Assembly (NCBI RefSeq): GCF_001194135.2
Contig: NC_068985.1
Location: 96,416,754-96,480,753 of the forward strand
DNA length: 64,000 bases
Source of the DNA: Octopus bimaculoides
Lineage: Eukaryota
Direction of reading: 5' to 3'
Shown here: positions 36,166-48,379 of the stretch, in pieces
Layout of the letters: each line of letters starts with the position of its first letter
Numbering within the stretch: the first letter of the stretch is position 1
The notes under the pieces: model-generated
The model's input: only the letters and a program-made list of their open reading frames with translations
Told to the model about the DNA's origin: nothing
Databases searched by the model: none
Program-made: the position numbers and the translations under genes

Positions 36166-37969
36166 GGTTATACATATGTGTGTGTCCATGTGTATAATGT
36201 GTGTGTTTGTGTGTGTGTATATATACATACATGTGTGTATGTATATAGAATTATATATATATTTAAAATTATAATTGAGGGTATCTAAGAGATACCACCA
36301 TGCTTGAAATAGCAGCCAAAACTTGACTCTAAAACCACATTAAATGCTCGTTAAATGTGTTAACTCATTCAATGCTAGCTGCCAGAGAGAAAGAGAATGT
36401 TTGGTTTCGTTTTAATTAGTTATTTTAGCAAATTTAGATAATTGCGTCTTAATCCCCCCCTCCCCTAACCAAACTAAATTGCTTTTCCTAACAGTAATCA
36501 TTTAACCATGAAGTAGGTGTGGTTGATGCAGTCACAAGATATTGTATGCACAGCCAGGCACCTGGTCTCGCTCAGTATGGAGAGCAAAATGTGAAGTTTT
36601 TGTTAACACAGTGAAAAAATAAAGAAATGACGAAATAGCGCAACCACAGAACTAGTGGTGGTCTCAAAGACAGTTGGTAACAAAGCTTAACTCAATGAAG
36701 ACCACCGCTAATTCTCTGACATAAAAACACACCATTCTGAAGTGTTGGTACTTAAAATAGTTTTCCGTCTTTCTAACAAGTGAATTGTTAAACAAGATGG
36801 AGGTCACTATATTACGCTTTAGAAATGGTTGGATTAGGTTGACAAATGTGTTTATTATGTACATGCATGTCTGTTTACAAATTTGTGCCTCTCAGAAAGT
36901 TCCTAAGCTACGAGTGATGTTGTTTTCTAGTCAACAAATTGATGCTGGCTTTGAGACTTATAAGATGCATGGAATAAGAGATCTTGTACTTGAAAATCAG
37001 GGTTGGCAATAACGAGGATATTCTCATGTAAAACAAAGCTTCAATAATGCTTGTTAGTTTTTGACATTTATTTTACCATTCTAGCATTGGTTAGACTCGA
37101 ACATTTTACTACTCGCCTCTCCAAATTCTTGTTTAAACTGAAATTTATCAACAGCCATAGATAGTATATTCTCATTAGAAATATAGTCAAGAGAGGGTTA
37201 AGGCAATATTTAGGGATGTGTTAAGCCGGTTTATTTATGGAGGAACTAAACTATGAGGTAACTTTTCTGAATTTGCCAACTCCTGACCTGTTTATTGTAT
37301 TGGACTAATTTTTATATAATACACATTATATGGCCTGGTGGTTAGGCGAGCTGCACTCATGATTAGGAGATCATGGTTTCGATTGCTTCCCAGCCATGTG
37401 GATCTAGGTTCAGTCCCACTACACAGCCCCTTGGGCAAGTGTATTCAATTACAGCTGAAGTCAATTTGGTAGATGGAAACTGAAAGAAGCAAACTGAAGA
37501 TGGAAACTGAAAGGCGGCGAGCTGCCAGAAACGTTAGCACGCCGGGCGAAATGCTTCGTGGTATTTCGTCTGTCTTTACGTTCTGAGTTCAAATTCCACC
37601 GAGGTCGACTTTGCCTTTCATTCTTTCAGGGTTGATTAAATAAGTACCTGTTATGCACTGGAGTCGATGTAATCGGCTTAATCCCTTTGTGGGCAATAAA
37701 GAAATAAGGAAACTGAAAGAAGCATGTTGTATGTGTGTGTGCCTTGACATCAAACAAGCATAAATGTCATACAAATGACGGTGTTTGTTACCAGTCATCT
37801 GTGAGGAGCATGTCTGCCCAAAACAAAATATTTATGTTGCATTGAAACAGGTGAAAGTTGGGGACAGGAAGAGCATCTAGCCATAACAAATTTCCTTGAA
37901 GAATCTAATCAGATCCATGCATCATAGATGTTAAATGATGATATATTTGAGTAACAAAGCAAAGATATA

Positions 37970-38182
37970 CAGGGTGTTCAAAAAGTCTTTCCGCAGTGAA
38001 TATTTTCATCCTGCGTATGTGCAACTTGGCTATCACTGCATGGAATGACACTTTCAACACCTAGGATAAAGTTTTTTTAAATCTTGTAAAGTCTAATACA
38101 TTCTTTTGTAGTCTTATACCATCTTATAAATATTTATTTTGCAATAAAAGACTTACTGAGGAGAGACTTTTTAAACACTCTG
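37970..38182. mobile_element. Tc1/mariner-type MITE, 213 bp
   Basis: TA-cagggtgttcaaaaagtctttcc / ggagagactttttaaacactctg-TA; 23-bp TIR with 3 mismatches, TA TSD. Confidence 0.85.
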
Positions 38183-38189
38183 TATATAT

Positions 38190-38550
38190 GAGCAACAGAG
38201 GCAGTGTTAATACTGAAAGTAGATTGCTTACCAACCACATGATTCCAAGTTCAGTCCCACTGCGTGGCACTTTAGGCAAGTGTCTTTGACTATAGCCTCG
38301 GGCCGACCAAAGACTTGCCAGCGGATTTGGTAAGCGAAAACTGAAAGATACCCGTCATACATGTTTGTGTGTGTGTGCTTGTCCCCGCTACATCTGCTTG
38401 GTAACCAATGTTGGTGTGTTTACATCCTTGTAACTTAGTGATTCAGCAAAAGAGACTGATAGGATAAGTACTAGGCTTACAAAGAATAAGTCCTGGGGTT
38501 GATTTGTTCGACTAAAGGCATAGCCACAGTCATATGACTGAAACAAATAA
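38190..38550 (+). mobile_element. SINE family A copy
   Basis: Head/CORE (caagttcagtcccactgcgtggcactttaggcaagtgtc) and 3' body present. Confidence 0.78.
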
Positions 38551-38589
38551 AAGAATATATATATATAATATATATACACACATACTATC

Positions 38590-39350
38590 AGAGTGTTTGG
38601 TGTTAGGAAGGGCATCCAGACATAGAAACCATGCCAAATCAGACTGGAACCTGGTGCAGCCCTCTGGCTTGCTAACTACAGTCAAACCGTTCAACCCATG
38701 CCAGTATGGAGAGTGTACATTAAATGATGAAGATATATGAGTGACAGAAATGGTATTAATACTGGGGTGTGTGTGTGTGTGTGTGATCATCATCATTTAA
38801 TGTTTGCTTTTCCATGCTGGCATGGGTTGGATGGTTTGACTGAGGACTGGCAAGCCAGGAGGCTGCACCAGGCTCCAATCTGATTTGGCAGAGTTTCTAC
38901 AGCTGGATGCCCTTCCTAACACCTACCACTCAATAAGTGTAGTGGATGCTTTTTACGTGCCACCAGCACAGGAGCCAGTCAGGCAGACCTAGCATTGGCC
39001 ACGTTCGGATGGTGCTTTTTAGATGTCACCCGTAAATAGCACCATTTGAGTGAAATCGTTACCAGCATCGCCTTCTAGCACTTGTGCTGGTGGAACGTTA
39101 GANNNNNNNNNNCACTACACTCTCGGAGTGGTTGGCATTAGGAAGGGCATCCAGCTATAGAAACTCTGCCAGATCAGATTGGAGCCTGGTGCAGCCTTCT
39201 GGCTTGCCAGTCCTCAGTCAAATCGTCCAACCCATGCTAGCATGGAAAGCGAACGTTAAATGATGATGATGATGATGATGACTGGCACAGGAGCCAGTCG
39301 TCGGGCACTAGCATTGGCCATGTTTGGATGGTGCTTTTTACGTGCCACAT
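38590..39350. mobile_element. Cluster of family D copies in alternating orientations (+, -, +, -)
   Basis: 38590-38735(+), 38786-39031(-), 39031-39281(+), 39282-39350(-). Confidence 0.75.
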
Positions 39351-40996
39351 ACACCAAAATATTCAATATGTATAAAACAAATGCCAAAACACTTCAGAAG
39401 ATGACAAATAATCCAAGAAAACAAGTGAGATAAAAAAACAAAACAAAATAAAAACAAAATATAGAAATTATTTTAATTAAAAAAAGTTCAGAGAGAGAGG
39501 GATGCCCTACTATACAATATGTATAATTTTATCTCAGGTGAGACAGTTAACGAATGGTGTACAGGTGTGCATAAGGTATAAACCAAAATTGATACATATG
39601 CACTCACACACATACACAACACACACACACATGCGTACGTATATACATACGTAAGTACACACATATACACATCTTAAACAATCTGGCTAATTATGTCGCC
39701 AATAAAGTTTAAGAGATAACCAGTCGTTAAAAAAACATACTTACAAAGGTGTATGTGTGTGTGTCTATACATGAATGTGTTCCCACATACAGATGTATGT
39801 ATACCGTATATATATTTACACACATATACACACACACACATACACAGGGCATGAAACATACACACACAAGTTTCATTATATTGCTCTCATTTTTGTTTTT
39901 TTTTACAAAAAAAATTTTTTTTTTAACTTTAGTAAACAAAAAAATACAAAATTTAGAAAAATAAAAAAAAAAAACAAATCAACAAAATGACACCATCCAA
40001 TCGTCAATTCATTTTTAAAAAAAAAAAAATCTTTTGCACATTTTTAGTTTGTCCCAATCACTTGGACCAACTCTCAGAGTTTGAGGGAAGGGGTACAAAA
40101 AAAAAAAAAGTGACGGGGGCAATTTTTAAGTTAGTTTTAGACTCGTTATCACCATGGCAACAAGACATCAGGCACAAAGGCATTGGTTAAGATACGTCAA
40201 AGTGACAACCAAGGCTTGTTTTTTCAAAGAATGGCAGTAATGAGAAAAGGAGGAAAATATCTGTAAGTTGGCCAATTAACAAATGGGACAGGCCATGCTA
40301 CAGCAACCTTAGATGCTTATATGCCAACGCACAAATATACCAATATGTAATAATAGTGTGTGTTTATGTATAAATACATGTATGCAAATAGGTGTGTATA
40401 TATTGTGGATATTGCAACCACCTGATTGAAGAATGAGAGTGCACACGTATATATAAGTATGTGTGTGTGTATGTGTAATATTTAATCCGTAAACGGTAGT
40501 CTAACAAAACACATTTTGTCAGGTTAATGCTATGTACTGAATATCTTATTGACTCTCAACTTACCTTTGAGACCTTTTTTCTAAGAGGCTAGACATGGCT
40601 GCTTTTCAACATGTCACCCCTGCAATACACACGCACACACACAGACATATATATACATATATACACACACACGTAGATGTTCTATTGTACTGTTTTGGCA
40701 TATATGCATTTCTCCTCAACCTCTATTAAGCCTCCATGTAAACCAACAGAATATGGTCAATTCTTAACTTTGTTCCATATGCTCAAAAGATTTAAAGAAA
40801 TAAAGGAAATTTTTTTTTTTAAATGAAATAAAAAAACTGAGCATCAATCCTTCCAATCAAAATTCTTTCTTCACAGAATCTTCCAAAGAATTTTCCAAAA
40901 ATGTAGTCTTTTTCTCTCCTTTTTTTTTTACTTATAATTTTTTTTTTTGTTAAATTCTTCACAATCGCAACATTTGTAATCCTAATCGATGCTTTT

Positions 40997-41340
40997 TTAC
41001 TCGTCATCTTTGTCCTTCTGTGGTTTGATATCGCAAGCTTCAAAAAGCTCTTCCGGGGAATAACCAAGCAATCCTTGAAGGTCACAGACAAAACGGTAAA
41101 CATAGCGCTTGCCTGCCGTCTTGTGGATAATGTTCTTATCGTAATAATACCGCAGACCACGGCTAAGTTTTTCATAGTTCATTTTGGGTTTATTTTTGCG
41201 AACACCCCATCTTCGTGCTACCTCATCCGGGTCAGATAATTTGAATTCCCAACCATCACCAGTCCAACTAATGAAATGCTGGCAAGATTTATCTGTGAGC
41301 AATTCAAGAAGGAATTGCCAAAGCTGGATTGGGCCACTCC
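40997..41340 (-). CDS. ETS1/2 (pnt): ETS1/2-like gene, last coding exon: ETS DNA-binding domain and stop
   Basis: Acceptor cttttgcag|GGAGT. Translates [98 protein letters not shown]...DDE-TAA, nearly identical to the ETS1/ETS2 domain as I recall it. Confidence 0.97.
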
Positions 41341-41859
41341 CTGCAAAAGAGAAGATACAATAGTAATGTAGTTCTATATTTAAGAGAAGAGGAATTATGT
41401 ACATTATTTACATTTGACGGATATTAGGCAAAACATCGCAAAGCTGTGACACGAGGAGATATTGATAAATTGGGTATAGCTGATCATGTATGGAAAAATG
41501 GAGACCACCTCCCCCTGTGGGATAAAGTGAAAATAATAGACAGAGAACACCACTGGAAAATATGAAAACTTACGGAAGCAGCACATATGCTAGGACACAA
41601 CAACCTCCTAAGCAGACAGAGTGCAGATATGAATAGCATATGAGAACCGGTATTAATGAAGGATAAGAAAATATTAGATTTATAAGCCCTAAAATTCACT
41701 CCATAATTGCACACAGGCATATTTTCCAGACTGGGAGGTCACAGTTGGAAAATTTTTGATTACAGGTCAATCTGATCATCGACTTAACCCATTTGTCTGT
41801 CCCCTCTATGTTTAGCCCCTTGTGGGCAGTAAAGAAATAAGAATGTCATCCATCTTCTC

Positions 41860-42285
41860 ATTCAGGGTTCAAATTACACTGAAGGTGACCTCACCTTTCA
41901 CCCTTTCAGGGTCGATAAAACGAGTACCAGTTTGATACTGAGGGTTAGTTAATGTAACCAAGTTATACCTTTCCCTGAAAATGCTGGCCTTACCACATGT
42001 AAGATGGTGAGCTAACAGAATCGTTAGCACACCAGGTGAAGTGTTTAGCGGCTTTTCACCTCTCATTATAATTTGAGTTCAAATTACGCTCAGGGTGACT
42101 TCACCTTCCACCATTTCAGGGTCGATAAAATGAGTACCAGTTAGATACTGAGGGTTAATGTATGCTGAGGTTGACTTTACCCTCCAGAGTCAATAAAATA
42201 AATACTAGCCAAGCACTGGGGTCATTGTAATCAACTTAGCCCCTCCCCCAAAAAACTGCTGGCCTTGTGCTGAAATTTGAAACCT
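41860..42285 (+). mobile_element. Cluster of rearranged SINE family C fragments in the last ETS intron
   Basis: The block cagggtcgataaaa.gagtaccagtt.gatactgagggtta occurs twice, plus a head and a tail. Confidence 0.7.
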
Positions 42286-42329
42286 TGCATCTTACACACG
42301 AAAGGAGAAAACAGAAGCAAACTACACAC

Positions 42330-42599
42330 CTGAGTAGCCAGCCAAAGCGGCTGCCTGGATAACTGGTTTTCCATCGGAACCCGTGTTGGTGTTATCACTT
42401 GGAGACGTCTGTAGACTTCGGAAACTTGCAGAATGTAGATTAGTACGCATCTCATTATTCATCGACCAACTTTCTTGGGCGCTAATGTCTTGACCGTATT
42501 CCTGAGTGGACCAGGCACATTCGGACTTGATACTTGGTACTGTCTGGTATGGTTGGTGGTCGTAATAGTTGTCACCTGTTACCTCGTGGATATATTGGG
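42330..42599 (-). CDS. ETS1/2 (pnt): ETS1/2-like gene, penultimate coding exon
   Basis: Acceptor tttccaattacag|CCCAA and donor TCAG|gtgtgt; 270 nt, phase 1-1. Ends KPVIQAAALAGYS, matching ETS1 KPVIPAAALAGYT immediately before the ETS domain. Confidence 0.9.
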
Positions 42600-42687
42600 C
42601 TGTAATTGGAAACAACAAGACATACATTACTGGCGTGATGTCATACATGACAATATATCATCATCATTTAACATACATTTAATAGAT

Positions 42688-43047
42688 GCAGGAGTGGCTG
42701 TGTGGTAAGTAGCTTGCTAACCAGCCACATGGTTCTGGGTTCAGTGTCTTCTCCTATAACCTCGGGCCGACCAAAGCCTTGTGAGTGGATTTAGTAGACG
42801 GAAACTGAAGGAAGCCCGTCGTATGTATGTATATGTATATATGTGTTTGTGTGTCTGTGTTTGTCCCCGCAACATCGCTTGACAACCGATGCTGGTGTGT
42901 TTACGTCCCCATAACTTAGCGGTTTGGCAAAAGAGACCGATAGAATAAGTACTAGGCTCACAAAGAATAAGTCCTGGGGTCGATTTGCTCGACTAAAAGC
43001 AGTGCTCCAGCATGGCCGCAGTCAAATGACTGAAACAAGTAAAAGAG
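42688..43047 (+). mobile_element. tRNA-derived CORE-type SINE (family A; resembles the octopus OR SINEs) with internal (TA/TG)n
   Basis: A box GTGGCTGTGTGG, B box GGTTCAGT, CORE-like block, microsatellite and conserved 3' body. More than 15 copies or fragments in the window. Confidence 0.85.
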
Positions 43048-44019
43048 TATACATTTTTCTATGTTGGCAAGGATGGATTGGTTTGACTGGAGCTGGTAAA
43101 TCAGAGCTGCACCAGGCTTCATTCATCTCTTTTGGATTGGTCTCTGTGGCTGGATACCTGCCCTTCCTAATGCCAACCACTCCAGAGAGTACTGGGTGCT
43201 TTTTTATGTAGCACCAACATTGTAAAAAGCACAGGCATGGTTAAGTGGTTAGGAAGACTGCATCTCAATCACACAGTTTCGGGTTCTATCCTACAGCACA
43301 GGCCATTGAGCAAGTGCTGCTATCTTTACTAATGTGCAAACACACATTACAGGCTTCTTTCAGTTTTCATCAACTCTCAAGGCTTTGGCTGGCCCTGGGC
43401 TACAGTAGACATTTTTCCAAGGTGCTGTGCAGTGACATAGAACCCAAGACCAAATGATTTAGAAGCGAGCTTCTTACCACACAGCCACTCCTGTGCCTGT
43501 ACATCTGTGTATGCATTATTTACTATTATGGGAAGGCACATGACTAAGTGGTTAGGGTGTTCAACTTGTGATCATGAGGTCGTGAGTTCAGTACCTGATA
43601 GATAGTGTGTTGTGTCTTGAGCAAGACAATTTATTTCACATTAATCCAATCTACTCAGTTGGTAAAAATGAGTTGTACCAGAAATTCAAAGGGCCAGCCG
43701 TGTCACATTCTGTGGAGTACTCAGCCACATGCACGTTAATTTCATGAGCAGGGTGTTTCCATTGATTGGATCACCTAGAACCCTCGTGGTCGTAACCGAC
43801 GGAGTGCCAGTTAATCACCATTGCAATCACACACACATTCTTACAAAATCTTTTTTTAATTTTTATTTTCATAACTTTAAAGAATTAACGAGACTAATCA
43901 TTCATGTACACACACACGCATCTTTACACAAACCACACATATGCTTACACCCAGCAATATATGTTCATATGGGTGTTAATTATGTTACTAATTATAAAAG
44001 AAACGAGCATACATACATG

Positions 44020-44050
<31 letters not shown>

Positions 44051-44274
44051 CACCCACGCACATATTTACAATCACACACCCATGTTGCACACGAAAATAA
44101 ATGAAAATAAACGAGAAATGTAAATGAGAATAGAAAACATGTTTCAAATTACATTGCTTGGTTTTACATATTTTTTGCACTCAAACCATTCCTATCCTTA
44201 GGCACGACTGGGAGTTAAGTAACCTTATACATGTTGGCTCATGAGACCCAAGTCCCTCTAAGTTCATATGTATA

Positions 44275-44590
44275 TTTTACTCGTTTCAGTCATTAGACTG
44301 CGGCCATGCTGGGGCAATACCTTGAAGAGTTTTTGGTTGAACGAATCAACCCCCAGCATGTTTTTAAGCCTGGTATTTACTCTATTGGTTTCTTTCACCA
44401 AGCTGCTAACTTACTGGGATGTTAACAAACCAACACTGGTTGTCAAGGCGTGCTGGGGGACAAACAGACAGAGACACACTCAAGACATTCTTTCAGTTTC
44501 TATCTACTGAGGGTATAGAAGACATTTACCTAAAGTGTCATGCAGTGGGACTGAACTTAGAACTGTCTGGTTGAGAAGCAAAGTGCAGAC
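44275..44590 (-). mobile_element. SINE family A copy (decayed)
   Basis: 3' body and head recognisable. Confidence 0.72.
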
Positions 44591-45014
44591 ATGGCTGTGT
44601 GGTTAAGAAACTCACTTTGCATCCATGTGGTTTTGGGTTCAGTTCCACTCTGTGTGACACCTTGGGCAAAAAAATGTCAAGAGTTAAATCTTATATGGGC
44701 CCTTCTGATGCTTACAGGATTAATCCGAATAAAAGAAGCCATGACTATGATTTTGACAGATTAGGGGCTGACCTAAAGGCACAGAAATGATCATCATATT
44801 ACCATTTAAAGTCCAATTTTCATGTTGGCATGGGTTAGACTGTTTTGACAGAGGCTGGCTAGGCAGAAGACTGTGCTAAGCTTCACCGTCAGTTTTGGCA
44901 GAATTTTTATGGTTGGATGCCCTTCCTAACACCAACCACCTTACAGAAATCAACATCAGAATTGCGATCAATAATACTGATTCTGGGATCCAAAAATGAA
45001 AAGATGGGACGTAC

Positions 45015-45227
45015 CTCGTGAGATATTTTTCGTTGGAATTGGTCGGTACTTGTTTTCCTGAAGAATTGGGTAGAACTCAGGATGGTCGTAGAAGTTGGCA
45101 TGTTGCTGCTGCATGTTCTCCAGGTTGTGGTAGTCAGAATTATCTTCATACAAATGGTTCACTGGAATCACAGCCTCACCATTCATTTCTGCCATTGTCT
45201 GAATAGAATCAGATATCTGGTAGGTTC
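45015..45227 (-). CDS. ETS1/2 (pnt): ETS1/2-like gene, internal exon (acidic/Gln/Tyr-rich putative transactivation region)
   Basis: Acceptor gttggttgtgcag|GAACC and donor CGAG|gtacgt; 213 nt, phase 1-1, open (GTYQISDSIQTMAEMNGEAV...TKNISR). Joins in frame to the PNT exon and to the next exon. Confidence 0.8.
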
Positions 45228-47006
45228 CTGCACAACCAACAGAGAACATTAAAATGTTAGACTTTTACACTGAATATCCGGAATGTAAAAGTGAAATTTC
45301 TACCGAAGACTTTCAATAGAAATATCTATAAAAACCATTCATTTCCTAAAATGCTATTGATACCAGCATTCTTGAAGCTACCATTGATTCCACAATATAA
45401 AATATCTCATTTTAAAGAGTTCATATGTAAAACATATCATCATCATCATCATCATTTAGCATCCATTTTTTATTCTGACAAGGCCAGGAACTACATCAGG
45501 TTCCATTGTCTGTTTTGGCATGGGTTCTACAGCTGGATGTCCTTCCTAACTTTACAGAGTGTACTGGGTGCTTTTATGTGGCACCAGCATCAACAGGGTC
45601 ACTAAGTACCTAGCAAGACAGAAATATAATCTTATGGAATAAGTTATATAAAAACTTAAGGTAGCTGTTTTATCAAATTCCACCAAATTTCTGTTGAAAG
45701 ACACTGCTTTTGTTGCAGTTAATTTTGCAAACAACGAAGAGCTCAGCATAAAAACGAAACAGAGCAAAAAAGAAATTATTTTTAATGTGGTGTTTAAAGT
45801 GTTGAGCTGACAGAATCATTAATGCATTGGACAAAATACTTTGCAATGTTTCTTACAGTTCTTAACTGTGAGATACTGTAATAGTGTTGTTGTGTTTTTG
45901 TCTTTTCTCTTTTATACTTCATGTCATTGCTTTCTACAGACATAGCAGCAAAAATATTTCTCTAGATTATAAGTTTAATCCACTATTGACCGAATTATGT
46001 TCATTCTATCCTTTTGTGTTTGTTGGGTGTTTTTGAAGGAAAATGATTCTAAATTTATTTATTGAGCAAATAAAGGATGGAAAATGAAATTAGACACAAC
46101 AGAGAAAAATTACACAAATTAGGAATCAAACGTGTAAATATTAATAAGTGACTAACAGACAGACACAAAACCAAGGTCACCATGACCTGAACAGAGACAC
46201 ACAGTATTGTTGTTGTTGTTGTTTAGCTCTGATCAAGTACACCAATGAGATTCTGGCCAAAATGATCCCATCTTTATAATCAGGCTATTGTGTTTAGGAC
46301 TACATCATCTAATCTGTCCTTCTTTCAAGGAACGACTCCCCTTATTGGTTTGAAACTTTCTTACAGCCATTGTATTGGAATCTTGTGTCCTCACAGGACA
46401 AAGCATACATTAACACACACATTACATTATTCCATAGACAACCTACATCCACAGAGGTCTGTGATGTTATTATGGTATATGTGATTGATCATGGCCAACT
46501 AGTGTAGTGGCCTACAAAATTCTCTGCCACCTGTCTATGTAACATACAATTATAAACAGGGGAAATTTTAGCCATGTCTCTGCAGACTGAAAAAAATGAT
46601 GAACAACCTTAATTGATTTTCAAACCTTATTGAGTTCTCATCAGATGTGTCTACAACATTCTGACAGCCTCCAAGGAAACAAGCAGCCAAACTGTTTATA
46701 TACTTAACAAATACAGCAGTTACCCTATGCAGGTGTCCCTAATTTGCATACCGAAAGTGTTTAACATTCTATAAATACCAGTGGCCTGTCAACGGGGATC
46801 TTAGTCCACACAGTATCAAGGTATGGTATAATATACATGTAACATATGGTATAATTATAAACAGGGCAAATTTTAGCCATGTCTCCACAGACGGAAAAAA
46901 TGTAGAAACCCCCAAATGGGATATACTTAACAATTGGGCATAGTTGTTTCCTCCTTGTGGAGGAAGGAAGTGACTACGACTTTTATAAGACCGTAACACT
47001 TTTTTT

Positions 47007-47330
47007 TTTTACTTGTTTCAGTCATTTGACTGTGGCCATGCTGGAGCACCACCTTTAGTTGAACAAATCAACCCCAGGACTTATTCTTTGTAAGCCTAGT
47101 ACTTATTCTATTGGTCCCTTTTGCTGAACTGCTAAGTTATGGGGATATAAGCACACCAGCATCAGTTGTCAAGCGATGCTGGGGGTGGGGACAAACACAC
47201 ACATCCACTCACAAGGCTTTGGTCAGCCCGAGGCTACAGTAGAAAACACTTGCCCAAGGTGTCACACAGTGGGACAGAACCTGGAACTGTGTGGTTGGTA
47301 AGCAAACTACTTACTACACAGCCACTCCTG
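47007..47330 (-). mobile_element. SINE family A copy
   Basis: Colinear with other copies, with an internal deletion. Confidence 0.82.
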
Positions 47331-47571
47331 GTCACATCAATACATTTGATAACTGCAAAGGAATTCCATATAGTTGATGTTAGGGGTTTATTGACTGGGT
47401 ATTGATTAGTGCATGAAGTATGAGAAGAAGCGCAAATGAAGAGGGAAGACCAGAACCCTGAACAGGCTTAGATGGAAGAAATATAAAACAAGATAGCTCT
47501 GTGAAACAGTCTATTGGAGTTTCAGGGTAAAAGGCAGGGTGAGAAAACAGTGCCTGGGTGGGCCATTCTAA

Positions 47572-48379
47572 CCCTCTTTAGTACTTCGATTACTCTGTCG
47601 AGAGTAATGTTTATTTATTCACACCATTTTGAATTAATCCTGCAATATCTCAGTTTTGAGACTTTGATTGGACACTAAACTCGGCTTGCAAAGACCTGTT
47701 GGGGCAAGTGAAAGCGAAATCGTGATGGCACCTGTACCAGTGGAGCGCTAAGAGCAGTGTCCAAGCGGGATCGTTGCCAGAGCACCTGTCTGGCTTCCGT
47801 GCCAGAGGCATGTAAATAGCACCATTTGAGCGTGATCGTTACCAGCGTCACCTTCCTGGCACATGAAAAGACATTCGAGTGAGGTCGTTACTAGTGCCGT
47901 TGGACTGGCTCCTGTGCAGGTAGCACGTAAAATACACCATTTTGAGCGTGGCTGTTGCTAGTACCGCCTGACTGGCCTTCGTGCCGGTGGTACATAAAAG
48001 CACCCACTACATTCTCAGAGTGGTTAGCATTAAGAAGGGCATCCAGCTATAGAAACTCTGCCAGATCAGATTGGAACCAGGTGTAGCTATCTGGTTCACC
48101 AGTCCTCAATCAAATTGTCCAACATGGAAAGCGGACGTTAAACGATGATGATGATGATGATGATTTCCACCTGTTTCATTCAATTTTTAAAATGAAGAAT
48201 TTAGTAGAATAACTGCTACCTGGCCAAAATATTCCACCTGTTTTATATTCAAACTGTTCAGATCCAGCCTCTCACACCTATCCCACAATGTCATTCTAAA
48301 AGTAAACAGTCACATCACTGAAGTCTGTCTCATGGTTACAAGATATTCCATGTTAATAAATAATATGAGAACTGAAGGG
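47572..48379. mobile_element. Older piggyBac-type MITE of the same family, interrupted by the family D retroposon
   Basis: ctaa|ccct...gaaggg|ttaa ends; shares cctctcaca.cta.cc.acaatgtcattctaaaa with 62425-62462. Confidence 0.65.
47667..48164 (+). mobile_element. Retroposon ending in (GAT)n with an internal array of diverged ~60-70-bp subrepeats (family D; possibly RTE-mobilised)
   Basis: 3' block ggcattaggaagggcatccagctgtagaaactctgcc...ggaaagcggacgttaaacgatgatgat is shared with 59715-60015(+), 39112-39281(+), 38786-39031(-), 38590-38735(+), 44790-44945(-) and 61620-61805(+). The RTE link is inference. Confidence 0.75.
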
